From the NCBI RefSeq assembly GCF_037042905.1, contig NC_087251.1, positions 26,660,001 through 26,724,000 on the forward strand: a stretch of 64,000 bases of DNA, given 5' to 3'. This DNA comes from Lytechinus pictus. Its lineage: Eukaryota. The notes below the pieces were generated by a model. The model saw only the letters and a program-made list of their open reading frames with translations, did no database searches and was not told the DNA's origin. Position numbers and translations under genes: made by a program. Below are positions 19,601 to 25,228 of the stretch, in pieces (position 1 is the stretch's first letter; each line of letters starts with the position of its first letter).

Positions 19601-22481
19601 TGATGTCAGGTTTCGCAGATTTGATGTTGATATCAGCTTCGGGAGTGGCAATATCAAGATCTGGACCCTTGACACCAATACCAGCTCCCCCTTGAAGACC
19701 ACCTCCTATTCCCCCAGAAGGTGCTTTAAAGTCACCATCAACTCCACCATCAATTCCTCCTCCAATATTTAATCCAACTCCTCCAGATGGCAGGTCAATG
19801 TCTCCACCGACCTTTGGTTTGGCAGTTTTTACATTAACATCAACTTCAGGCTTGGCAACATCAAGATCTGCATCAACCCCAGCTCCACCATCACCTCCAA
19901 ACTTGGGTCCTTTGAAGCCGAATCCAAACTTTCCCTTCTTTTTCCCTCCTGCATCGACATCTCCCTTAAGCTTTGGGGTATCAATGTCAACATCAGCTCC
20001 AGCCTTGAGATCAGAATCAGCCTCCATTTTAGCATCTCCTCCACCGCCAAAGTTGAAGTCAAATTTAGGGAACTTGAAACTAAACCCACCTTTCTTTTTT
20101 CTCTTCTTTGGTTTTACTCCAAGATCCATATCAAAGTCCGCATCTGGAGCATCAACCTTGCCTCCGATTCCGATCCCACCTGATGGCAAGGAAGGACCAT
20201 CTACGTCTCCTTTCATTTCTATACCACCAGAGGGTAAATCAGCACCTACATCTCCAGCTCCTCCAAGGCTTCCTTTTATACCAATGCCTCCTGATGGAAT
20301 GTCTGTATCTCCACCTATCTTTACTCCTCCAGATGGTAATTTACCTCCAATATCCCCTCCTCCACCAAGTCCTAGGCTTCCTTTGGGCATCTTCACATCT
20401 CCACCAGTCTTGAGGTCTCCAGATGGCATGTCCATTCCGCCACCTAGACCACCTCCAATACCTCCTCCAATTTTGATACCAGCAGATGGTAATTCACCTC
20501 CAATTTCCCCTCCTCCACCAAGTCCTATGCTCCCTTCGGGCATCTTTACGTCTCCACCAGCCTTGAGGTCTCCAGATGGCATGTCCATTCCGCCACCAAA
20601 ACCACCTCCAATACCTCCTCCAATGTTGACACCTGCAGATGGTAATTTACCTCCAATATCCCCTCCTCCACCAAATCCCATGCTCCCTTTGGGCATCTTT
20701 ACATCTCCACCAGCCTTGAGGTCTCCAGATGGCATGACCATTCCACCACCTAAACCACCTCCAATACCTCCTCCAATGTTGACACCTGCAGATGGTAATT
20801 TACCTCCAATATCCCCTCCTCCACCAAGTCCCATGCTCCCTTCAGGCATCTTTACGTCTCCACCAGCCTTGAGGTCTCCAGATGGCATGTCCATTCCGCC
20901 ACCTAAACCACCTCCAAAACCTCCTCCAATGTTGACACCAGCAGATGGTAATTTACCTCCAATATCCCCTCCTCCACCAAGTCCTATGCTTCCTTCAGGC
21001 AACTTTACATCTCCACCAGCCTTGAGGTCTCCAGATGGCATGTCCATTCCGCCACCTAAACCACCTCCAATACCTCCAATGTTGACACCAGCAGATGGTA
21101 ATTTACCTCCAATATCCCCTCTTCCACCAAGTCCCATGCTTCCTTCTGGCATCTTTACATCTCCACCAGCCTTGAGGTCTGCTGAAGGTACATCAACTCC
21201 ACCACCAATGCTCCCACCTGCATCAATGCCTCCAAGACCAAAGCTTCCTTTAGGAGCATCAATTCCTCCAGATGGTATGTTCACACCGACTCCCCCTGAT
21301 GTAAGATTGGCATCACCACCTGCTTTGATGCCTACTTTAGGAGCATTGATATCTATGCCTCCTCCCCCTCCAAGTCCTAATCCACCTTTAGGAGTATCAA
21401 TATCTCCTCCTACATTAACACCAGCTGATGGCCCATCACCTCCAATGTTTATGCCTGCAGATGGTAGATCAGCATCAACTTTGAGTCCTCCTCCAATTCC
21501 CCCTCCAATATCTCCAGATGGCAAATCTCCTTTCATATCCAAATCTCCCGATGGTAAACCAGCTTTTACATCTGCCTTTGGACTCTTCACCTTTCCACCG
21601 AATGATGGCATTTTGAAACCAAACTTAATTCCCTTTCCTTTTCTATCTACATCAGCATCTCCCTCAAGGCCTACATTTGCATCTGATCCATTTACATCAA
21701 CACCGACATCACCCCCAATACCACCACCGATTCCTCCTCCAATGTCTGGTCCTCCACCTATGGATACATCACCACTTGGAACTTCTCCCTTCACCCCACC
21801 ACCAATGTTTGCATTGCCTGATCCACTGGACTTGGGTGATGGCAAGGAGAATCCAAATCCAAATCCTTTCTTTGATTTTTTTGGTTTTCCCATTTTGACT
21901 GAAGCATCCACTTCTGGTTTGACTTCCAATGATGCATCACCGGATGGTAATGATGCACCAATATTTCCACTTGGAGCATCAATATCAAGTCCAGCAGAGG
22001 CACCACCTTGCGGTAAATCAGCATCCATTTTGGCATCACCAGAAATTCCTCCTCCAAATTTGGGTCCTTTTAGTTTTATGTTTCCTTCACCCTCATCATC
22101 AGACGAGTCACTGGACGACGATGATGAATCACCACCGAATCCCAATTTTGCAAAAAAACCTGGCCTCTTCCTCTTCCGTCGTTTTGATTTGGCTCCAAGG
22201 TTCAGTGAAACATCTGCATCTGGTAAAGAAGCATCCCCACTGATGTCTCCTTTGGCTGCTGCACCTCCTTTCTTTTTGAAGACTCCTCTTGGTAATGAGC
22301 CCTTCCCTTTTTTGCCAGCATGAATGTGTGGTGCATCGACGTTTAGACTGGCATCGCCTCTTCCTCCAACATCCATATCTACATCTCCTGCTCCTCCCAG
22401 GTCAACTTTGGCTGACGGAGCGTCTCCGCTTAGACCAACACCAGCTCCTGCTGAAGCATCGGCACCAGCATTACCACTCCC
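1668..22481 (-). CDS. Giant terminal coding exon (20,814 nt, 6,937 aa plus stop) of an AHNAK/periaxin-like repeat protein
   Basis: The 6,902-aa ORF stays open 35 codons further upstream to an acceptor (ttttcattttctttctttcttccaatgtataccAG|GGG AGT GGT; AG at 22483-22482), phase 0. Repeats such as DVDIKGPKVEGDISGPDLDV and LKMPKF resemble AHNAK/periaxin central repeats. TGA stop at 1670-1668. Confidence 0.93.
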   Translation of the reverse strand, partial: GSGNAGADASAGAGVGLSGDAPSAKVDLGGAGDVDMDVGGRGDASLNVDAPHIHAGKKGKGSLPRGVFKKKGGAAAKGDISGDASLPDADVSLNLGAKSKRRKRKRPGFFAKLGFGGDSSSSSSDSSDDEGEGNIKLKGPKFGGGISGDAKMDADLPQGGASAGLDIDAPSGNIGASLPSGDASLEVKPEVDASVKMGKPKKSKKGFGFGFSLPSPKSSGSGNANIGGGVKGEVPSGDVSIGGGPDIGGGIGGGIGGDVGVDVNGSDANVGLEGDADVDRKGKGIKFGFKMPSFGGKVKSPKADVKAGLPSGDLDMKGDLPSGDIGGGIGGGLKVDADLPSAGINIGGDGPSAGVNVGGDIDTPKGGLGLGGGGGIDINAPKVGIKAGGDANLTSGGVGVNIPSGGIDAPKGSFGLGGIDAGGSIGGGVDVPSADLKAGGDVKMPEGSMGLGGRGDIGGKLPSAGVNIGGIGGGLGGGMDMPSGDLKAGGDVKLPEGSIGLGGGGDIGGKLPSAGVNIGGGFGGGLGGGMDMPSGDLKAGGDVKMPEGSMGLGGGGDIGGKLPSAGVNIGGGIGGGLGGGMVMPSGDLKAGGDVKMPKGSMGFGGGGDIGGKLPSAGVNIGGGIGGGFGGGMDMPSGDLKAGGDVKMPEGSIGLGGGGEIGGELPSAGIKIGGGIGGGLGGGMDMPSGDLKTGGDVKMPKGSLGLGGGGDIGGKLPSGGVKIGGDTDIPSGGIGIKGSLGGAGDVGADLPSGGIEMKGDVDGPSLPSGGIGIGGKVDAPDADFDMDLGVKPKKRKKKGGFSFKFPKFDFNFGGGGDAKMEADSDLKAGADVDIDTPKLKGDVDAGGKKKGKFGFGFKGPKFGGDGGAGVDADLDVAKPEVDVNVKTAKPKVGGDIDLPSGGVGLNIGGGIDGGVDGDFKAPSGGIGGGLQGGAGIGVKGPDLDIATPEADINIKSAKPDINMGGSAKLPSGGVGIDVGGGIGGGIGGGTGEIDIDAKGPDVDIKGPKVEGDISDPDLDIDGPDLNISGSGKKKSKGFGFGLKMPKFNAPNFSFGGGGKGDIDVGGNVNVDKPEADIDIKTEKPDIGGGIGGGLNIDASGDADLPSGGVGLDVSGGAKGGIDADLPKGEIDGPDVSVKGPKVKGRGSGKKKHKGSFGFGIKMPKFHGFGGHGKGDVDVNAGVDIDAPEIDAKLKAEGPDIGGGLDGGAGIGGGVEGGINVDGKGPDADLSIGGAGAGVEGPTVEGDISSPDLDVSGPDLDISGKKKGKGGFGFGLKMPKIHGPNFGFGGKGDIDVDADVDVPKPEADIKVKTGKPDIGGVDLPSGEAGLDVGGGIGGGLNIDGDGPDVDIKGPKVEGDISGPDLDVNGPDLDIDGKKGKGGFGFGLKMPKFGFGGDGKGDIDVDADVDVPKPETNIKVKTGKPDIEGGVDLPSGGAGLDVGGGIGGKIGGGLSIDGDGPDVDIKGPKVEGEISGPDLDVSGPDLDIDGKEGKGGFGFGLKMPKFGFGGDGKGDIDVDADVNVVKPEADIKVKTGKPDIGGGVDLPSGEAGLDVGGGIGGGIGGGLNIGGEGPEVDMKGPKFEGDISGPDLDVSGPDLDIGGKKKGKGGFGFGLKMPKFGFGGDGKGDIDVDADVDVAKPEADIKVKTGKPHIGGVDLPSGQAGLDVGGGIGGGIGGGLNIDGDGPDVDIKGPKVEGDISGPDLDVSGPDLDIGGKKKGKGGFGFGLKMPKFGFGGDGKGDIDVDADVDVPKPEADIKVKTGKPDIGGGVDLPSGEAGFDVGGGIGGGLNIDGDGPDVDFKGPKVEGDISGPDLDVSGHDLDIGGKKKGKGGFGFGLKMPKLHGPNFGFSGKGKGDLDIDGDVEIKKPDAEFSGDVDIPSGGVGLNVSGGAGIDVDNDLPKGDVSFDGPDADLKSPKFKGRGSGKKKNKKHKGSFGFGIKMPKFHGFGGHGKGDVDLNAGVDIDAPEIDAKLKAEGPDIGGGLDGGAGIGGGLEGGINIDGKGPDADLSIGGAGAGVDVEGPKVEGDMSSPDLDVSGPDLDISGKKKGKGGFGFGLKMPKIHGPNFGFGGKGDIDADVDVAKPEADIKVKTGKPDIGGGVDLPSGEAGFDVGGGIGGGLDIDGEGPDVDIKGPKVEGDISGPDLDISGPDLDIGGKKKGKGGFGFGLKMPKFHGPNFGFGGKGDIDIDADVDVAKPEADIKVKTGKPNIGGGVDLPSGEAGLDVGGGIGGGLNIDGDGPDVDIKGPKVEGDISGPDLDVSGPDLDIDGKKKGKGGFGFGLKMPKFGFGGDGKGDIDVDADVDVPKPEADIKVKTGKPDIGGGVDLPSGEAGLDVGGGIGGGIGGGIGGGLNIDGEGPDFDIKGPKVEGDISGPDLDVSGPDLDIDGKKKGKGGFGFGLKMPKIHGPNFGFGGKGDIDVDADVDVAKPEADIKVKAGKPDIGGGIDLPSGEAELDVGGGIGGGIGGGLNIDGDGPDVNIKGPKVEGDISGPDLDVSGPDLDIGGKKKGKGGFGFGLKMPKFGFGGDGKGDIDVDADVDVPKPEADIKVKTGKPDIGGGVDLPSGEAGLDVGGGIGGGIGGGLNIGGEGPDFDIKGPEVEGDISSPDLDVSGPDLDIGGKKKGKGGFGFGLKMPKIHGPNFGFGGKGDIDVDADVDVPKPEADIKVKTGKPNIGGGVDLPSGEAGLDVGGGIGGGLNIDGDGPDVNIKGPKVEGDISGPDLDVSGPDLDIGGKKKGKGGFGFGLKMPKFGFGGDGKGDIDVDADVDVPKPEADIKIKTGKPDIGGGVDLPSGEAGFDVGGGIGGGLDIDGEGPDVDIKGPKVEGDISGPDLDVSGPDLDIGGKKKGKGGFGFGLKMPKFHGPNFGFGGKGDIDVDADVDVAKPEADIKVKTGKPNIGGGVDLPSGEAGLDVGGGIGGGLNIDGNGPDVDIKMPKVEGDISGPDLDVSGPDLDIDGKKKGKGGFGFGIKMPKIHGPNFGIGGKGDLDVDADVDVVKPEGDIKVKTGKPDIGGGFDLPSGEAGLGGTVAVGNVDNEGPNANLDVDIKGPKVKKGSKGKGKFKLGSFKFGSKEPDADLAGKVDVKSPDLDLSGGKIEGPDASLNGASLDVDAPDAGFSLGGKKGKYKISGGGKKDKGYGIGGKFKAGGDADLPSGGASLDAPEGKLGGDINADVKGDIDVNAPDVNIGAGVKGKKKKRKSKKFGFGGFKLGFGGGGDHTSSSSSDSSSDEDGDGHGGFGFGFKGPKLGGDAGSDLNVRGPNVNIGVNGELPDVKTDINGGGGIDGALELDKPDLNASGGISVSGPDIDAKLKADKPDLSGDVDGGIKGGIGGGIDVEGPDAGIGVKGGLGGDGGIKLGGDLDGKGTLEGGIGLPSGKASLSGPDIDASGKGIDITKPDLDVTAGIGGGIEGGIGGDGGIGLNVKKPDLDVSGGMGIDIKGPDVSFGGGGDADLSGDLSVSSPEGKVNLDGKGKKKSKKKGGFFGLNLGFGGSDSDDDKKDIKLGGGIGADIDAKGPVIKGGSDLSGGLDGKVSLGGGGITIGSADVDAGLDVVKPEADINIKASKPEANIGADIGVGDIKGANIDLEGPKGDIGGDFNIGGKKKGSGKKGKGGFHFGKVKLGGGTKGHVNGDADLDAPEISAGIGGDANISGDASSPDVDLKGPDIDSPSGGFGIGFGKKDKKGGSGKKDKKGKFKIGGKLGFGGSGGADIDAEAPKGDINLPSSGIGDADISVKPQVDIDIKSAKPEINVPDASVDVKGPEIDAPSGGFGFGFGKKGKKGSGKKDKSGKFKIGGKLGFGGSGGADADIKAPEADVKLPSGGIDANGDVDISVKPEIDANIKSSKPGGGIGFGGGMNIGGGDLDVNVDKPKLDIGGGIGAGTNGEVDVNVAGGGLDIDKPDLKMGIGSGINIDAEANEPDISLGGGGGGFGIGGDVAIDKPDIDIGGSGKLGGDVSAGDGLDAKIDIDRPDIGAKKDKKGRFGFGFGFGKSKKDGSSSSSSSSSSSSDSSDSEEKESKKKKKKKGKKGFGFGFGFGGGGKGDAKVDIPKPKIDVEGGGAKSDTKLGGGIGIGGSLGGGGVDIDANVGKPEISLGGGLGGLGGGVDAGVGKPDINLRGGGALGGGISVDKPDVSIGGGGDLGGDADISLGGGLSGGLDIDANAEKPEIGSSGGGFGIGGGGINVEANVDKPDFSMGGGGLSGSLGGGLGGSGGVDVDANVDKPDFSMGGGADLDASVGKPDISLGGVLSGGLDIDANAEKPEIGSSGGGFGIGGGGINVEANVDKPDFSMGGGGLSGSLGGGLGGSGGVDVDANVGKPDINLGGGFGGLGGGVDAGVGKPDINLRGGGELGGGISVDKPDVSIGGGGDLGGDADADKKGKFGFGFGFGKSKDGSSSSSSSDSSDSEGKKKSKKEKKKKGKGFGFGFGFGGGDAKVDIPKPDADVGGKIGIGGDMGGDGSLDISSNVDKPDFSMGGGADLDASVGKPDISLGGGLSGGLDIDANAEKPEIGSSGGGFGIGGGGINVEANVDKPDFSMGGGGLSGSLGGGLGGSGGVDVDANVDKPDFSMGGGADLDASVGKPDLSLGGGLSGGLDIDANAEKPEIGSSGGGFGIGGGGINVEANVDKPDFSMGGGGLSGSLGGGLGGSGGVDVDANVGKPDINLGGGFGGLGGGVDAGVGKPDINLRGGGELGGGISVNKPDVSIGGGGDLGGDADADADKKGKFGFGFGFGKSKDGSSSSSSSDSSDSEGKKKSKKEKKKKGKGFGFGFGFGGGDAEVDIPKPDADVGGKIGIGGDMGGDGSLDISSNVDKPDFSMGGGADLDASVGKPDISLGGGLSGGLDIDANAEKPEIGSSGGGFGIGGGGINVEANVDKPDFSMGGGGLSGSLGGGLGGSGGVDVDANVDKPDFSMGGGADLDASVGKPDLSLGGGLSGGLDIDANAEKPEIGSSGGGFGIGGGGINVEANVDKPDFSMGGGGLSGSLGGGLGGSGGVDVDANVGKPDINLGGEFGGLGGGVDAGVGKPDINLRGGGELGGGISVDKPDVSIGGGGDLGGDADADADKKGKFGFGFGFGKSKDGSSSSSSSDSSDSEGKKKSKKEKKKKGKGFGFGFGFGGGDAEVDIPKPDADVGGKIGIGGDMGGDGSLDISSNVDKPDFSMGGGADLDASVGKPDVSLGGGLSGGLDIDANAEKPEIGSSGGGFGIGGGGINVEANVDKPDFSMGGGGLSGSLGGGLGGSGGVDVDANVDKPDISIDGQGGIGGESNMHMGGFGGGIGGIGSGSLGIGGVDAEGKGDVKLGLGGDVSTEGDLSSNIPSASIGGDGTVGADISAGGDAGAGINVDMPGGGVSIGGSLGVGGGKKEKKKKKKAKKEKKSGFSLLGAIGIGNESSSSSSSSSDSEGFFSKVKEAIGLDSDSDKDDKEENPNSNNNNSNILNVNNNNSDDVEVQENHNNNANDDEVPGAAGTSSPHWKSGGKHKDSSDKAKRRGLGKLFGGKRKPRDVMLEIPAEAAEGRPSDEQRKPLSELQSRTDAAPSQQVTVPSQYSRAEFLPRSPEAAAETVEVPKSRNKKRRAPLPPAERPASLSHDSISECSWPSTTSLEPVPVTASKSTTSPASVPQDKIPRIEMPATEKVTVSSTVGEVSCEHPQSAQPSPLNASARVLSVKPLPDFCPSSSSSTALPVGVDEEDSIHHENMHEIYEVVKSMPLPYGAPPPKPKRVSASAAETDQSEEPVSAEAYVPINQPVEVHQPTPHNMTLGLDVITGEDEPDVILPTGDSPKKKVESEKWQSETSGDSLLGEILREYSTGNIPSSNISGDLSDDSRTMKASRETGTVVSKTMEVASIKREVKETKPNENVTNRTENTRQDASFPVEVLDIDGQSALQQEEDLPYVRRKSISLKDIDKRSGSGTSLALDMAKGAAILKRDRSVDNRRMLREGLSHLMGAPIDTGNHRQDTEMGNSVESEEMNDKTEFENTRTEHKSGILFEASLHMEEETDHNVSEDVTENIENKKENDEDKLQAMVEQDTLDDSEFMHAMSERGHSPISAKQDETTEPDILSGKVDMVQSTIQDGNKSTTPNIHTRKECRISPDIQQDTDREQRHVLLTGANEIVSDFTITSKDNTIDRGKNIEIAGSSPETPPSAKEKQSGWDVLKSRNNRGTHTQEHSSTGKPLTQDQKELAKLASRSMVRSTLNMFGQDKMQPESENLSRASKRLPKVRPDQTHVALKDKVEEKPRQLTSSTMPAGSDVASPWRDVLKKKTSFDAKKSYNDPIKTDEAKSEVWWKDSLMKRKSNEKTDDNKISSSVPQTKKKQETDEKVSVPWKDVKLKTTKVKTASESKMKDANTDNTKANSSTNVPWKEALKKKKTEAEEKSKAYESRPRKVEDEHEEEHFNLIMQARKNIRRLSRNPVDTDISITQVASGVIIPKSASSPNGVSAISETTDQDTTVGTEDNGMITVETGQPTEVVSDFTDNQKSQLHKTQMTEEELLDTVEILSDQSTDDTKEMLQNMRQKSSGSDEDKIKSDDTNHLTRFREIHQRTQSILNVIKAQNSLVDARTSSIHVQTKSAPNLRDDSTITLRDSEAKARLREKRRKARSSPNIDFDWTAVRNMINESDCAGEDTDTTLTDASTIDVPWNMSPSLANQARMIRKQKKRSYVAKRGLFPLSSTDDFSDKDSSSENDMSDVSTTTVIPRMDSGFSDISSSVEPDAIISSNKPLWKHGHASTASLEDKLFGRVNVKSKAFLPDSRVSRTSSLKESSGLSSSMTNLSTQPSASDESLPDDVKEFMAMEKMDLQKLLLQQQQEMRLLRQQMQAVQLQAVQTSTNLTTATSSVPSQQSSVPGQPPVAGLPYMFTHPSMVIAPTTSSMVPPVQQPMFYVHPRMPPQSVQLSGMYPVSNYQPFPTVPFPMQGHPMTQAMPGGIQPVPVQPVTTASSGTPEQRLSE
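6740..10600 (-). repeat. Coding tandem array C: near-identical 1,029-nt (343-aa) super-repeats with an internal 285-nt sub-repeat
   Basis: The anchor gcatctacgtctactcctcctgatcc occurs at 6772, 7801, 8830 and 9853 (periods 1029/1029/1023), with an offset copy at 7516. Confidence 0.92.
13400..19700 (-). repeat. Coding tandem array B: about 18 AHNAK-like units of ~330-350 nt (110-116 aa)
   Basis: FGFG(L/I)KMPK occurs 18 times, most often paired with KGPKVEGDISGPDLDVSGPDLDI. Confidence 0.9.
20280..21180 (-). repeat. Coding tandem array A: about 6 x 153 nt (51 aa, GGDVKMPEGSMGLGGGGDIGGKLPSAGVNIGGG...MDMPSGDLKA)
   Basis: The anchor ccttgaggtct recurs at 20561, 20714, 20867, 21020 and 21170. Confidence 0.9.
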
Positions 22482-23900
22482 CTGGTATACATTGGAAGAA
22501 AGAAAGAAAATGAAAACATTAAATCAACATTAAAAAAGAATCACTATAATGAATGTCAAGAAAAGGTGCATGATTTTGTCATGAGTATAGAATAAGGTGG
22601 TGATGTTTACAGGATTGCTCACATACAAATTTGTTCCCACGAGCTTGGGATATTTTGATGCGGGGGGGGGGGGGAGGAGATAACCTTAAGGTGATGTCAT
22701 ATTTTTCTTAACTGTATCATAGAAAGACTATTGTTACAATTTTGCTTTCTTCCCTTTTTTCCCTCATTTTTACCTTTTTTTCCTCAATTTTCTTCATTAT
22801 TTGAAAAATATTAAGGGGGAAGCCAGCATATAAAATTAAATACATGCGCTTATACATTCAACTAGTAAGCAAAACTTACATATTCTGAAGTTGCAAGAAC
22901 AATTAGATGATAAATTGGGTAGTAATTAAAATAGTATTTTAAATGTTTTTATTCATATGAGGGTTATTCTCATCCAAACATCAGGAAAGATACCTGTAAA
23001 TTTTAAACAATAATTGGTTGCATTTAATTTTTTTTTAAACCCTACAATCATGATTTTTGCCCATCATATTTTTTGTGCAAACATAAACAAGATGTGTATT
23101 GCATTTACATGTATTCTAAGGTTGACCTTTATTTCCTTGTTCAGATTTTAAAATACCAGATAACACCAGCATGAAGCAGACCCTTTCAGGATAAGTTCTC
23201 AAAGTTACAAACATGTGCTGCATGGTTTGATTAGACAAAGTCACAATGCTCACACCAAACTCCTTGCTGGGTTGCGAAAGTTCTCATAATTTGCTTTCAC
23301 ACTGACAAAATACCTACGAATTTGGTAAAATCTCTGTGAATGTTCTTGTGAATTCGGCAAGCACCTACTATCAAGTGGGAATCTTTCACAAGGCAAAAAT
23401 GTCTGGTATTTTCTGATTGGGTTAGATCAGGATAAATTTCCTGATTTGAGGTGGTTTGAATACGCCCAAGGACAGTGATTTTTTAAAAGAGAAAACAGTC
23501 AGATAAGATACTCTCCATTTTGTGTTTGTGTTTTGATTTGTGATTACAGCATATGTTTAATTGAATGCACCCAACAATTGATTCACGTCTGCCTGAAAAA
23601 ATATAAAGTTCTTATAGTAATCAACCTGCAAAATACCTTTTGCATTCCTGTAAAAGAGGTTTAAAATACTTCTTTCCATATATTAAAACTTCTCAAAATA
23701 TTCGTTTACATATAACATTGGGGAAACCCCTGCAAATGTAATTTTCTGTGGGTTCTACTAGGTACCACTTAATTTGTTAGTATTTGCTTTCACACTGGGA
23801 AATACCAGATATTTTCCACAATTTACAGACAGGTGAAACCAACAATTGGGATATTCTTTCAGATTCAAATTATCAGATATCTTGGTATGTGCACACTCAC

Positions 23901-23992
23901 CCCGACAGAGAGTGATGCTGATGGTAAGCCGAATCCAACAGAAGCTGATGGTAGATCACCGCCCACTGACCCTCCTACAGACATCCCGGCAC
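23901..23992 (-). CDS. Internal coding exon 3 (92 nt; AGMSVGGSVGGDLPSASVGFGLPSASLSVG)
   Basis: Acceptor atcttcAG|GT at 23994-23993 and donor GGG|GTGAGT at 23900. Phase 1 in and phase 0 out match both neighbouring exons. The peptide has the same GGDLPSA vocabulary as the giant exon. Confidence 0.85.
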
Positions 23993-24780
23993 CTGAAGAT
24001 TTACATATACAATGTAGAATATGTTAACATTTACAAATATAATATCGAATATGTTAACATACATACACTATACAACATCATTCATAATCATACAAAATAA
24101 TGCAATTTCAAAAAGTCAACTTGAGTGTTATGGACTGGTAATTGTTTTAATAAGGAGACAGTTTTAATGAACCATTTTGTAAAGAAAATTAAGGTCAAAT
24201 TTTGCTTCTGCCCCATTTGAGCATATAACAAAATCCTGTTTGAATATCAAAATCACAAATTTATTATTTCATTGACTCAAAATTACTTAAATCAACTTTG
24301 ACCATTCATTATTCAAAGGCCTAATAGATATTGCCTAAACTATGTTCATTTAAAGATTCATTAAACTTTGAAATATCTTTAAACTTCAAGAACATCTTGC
24401 AGAGTATGTGTTATCACCTAAATTTACCTTTGACCTTGACTTTGACTCGGGTGCATTTAGGTAATATTTATTTATCATGAAATGTAAACATTTTATGAAA
24501 TTGAAAACATAATTTTGAACCCAGTGTATTTTTCAAATCGCCTAATTGAACTTTAATAACAACATTTTGCAAAATGTTTCTTGTCATCTAACTTTATCTG
24601 AATAAACTTTGACCTTATTTTTTCAAAATTCTGTGAAATAGCAATATTTTTTTTAGTTAAGTCTTATCAGATTATTGACATAAATCCAGGGGCGACAACC
24701 ACTATGAAAATAGAAATAAGGGGAGGGAGAATAAAGAAAGAGTATCAAAAGAAAAGACTGCATGATGCGACTCCATAGTA

Positions 24781-25228
24781 TACAGAGCCTTTAAAGTGCC
24801 GTCAACAATGACGATTTGGCAAGATACTTTATCTTGCCAAATTATTTTATGTCGAAATGACGAGATATTTTATATTGCCTTTTCGAATTAACAACCTAAT
24901 TATGTCGACATGGCGAGATACGTTATCTTGCCAAGTCAACTAATAAAAAAATTAATGTCAACATGACGAGACACATTTACTTTGCGAAGTCGACTTATAA
25001 AAAGTTATGTCCGCATAGCGAAATAAGTCGACTTGGCAAGATAGAATATCTCACCATGTTGACATACATATTTCAACATGGCATATCGCCATGTTGAATA
25101 ACTTTTTACAAAGTTGACTTGGCAAGATAACGTATCTCACCATATCGACTCGGCAAGATGATGTATCTCACCATGTCACATGGTTAGATCAAGTATAGTC
25201 AAGTCGACGGCACAATAAAGACTCCGTA
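24781..25228. mobile_element. Foldback/MITE-like non-autonomous DNA element with internally repeated subunits
   Basis: Ends tacagagcctttaaagtgccgtcaac and gtcgacggcacaataaagactccgta are imperfect inverted repeats. The interior repeats cttgccaagtc/gacttggcaagata and gacatggcgagata in both orientations. Confidence 0.65.

Noticed and set aside
6184-22323. Long Pro/Ser-rich ORFs on the + strand (1703 aa, 841 aa and others) suggesting an overlapping antisense gene
   Set aside because: These are shadow ORFs. A stop in that antisense frame requires a His, Gln or Tyr codon in the real protein, and these are nearly absent. The ORFs break exactly at those residues (IHGPN/FHGPN at 13578, 13917, 14586, 15279, 15972, 16305; PQV at 11295; GYG at 13092).
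22374-22376. ATG given by the ORF track as the start of the 6902-aa protein
   Set aside because: The frame stays open to a strong splice acceptor at 22482, and upstream exons join in phase. This Met is internal.
24781-25228. Short reiterated motifs superficially like a CRISPR array
   Set aside because: The units are degenerate, occur in both orientations and lack unique regular spacers. The context is eukaryotic with no cas genes.
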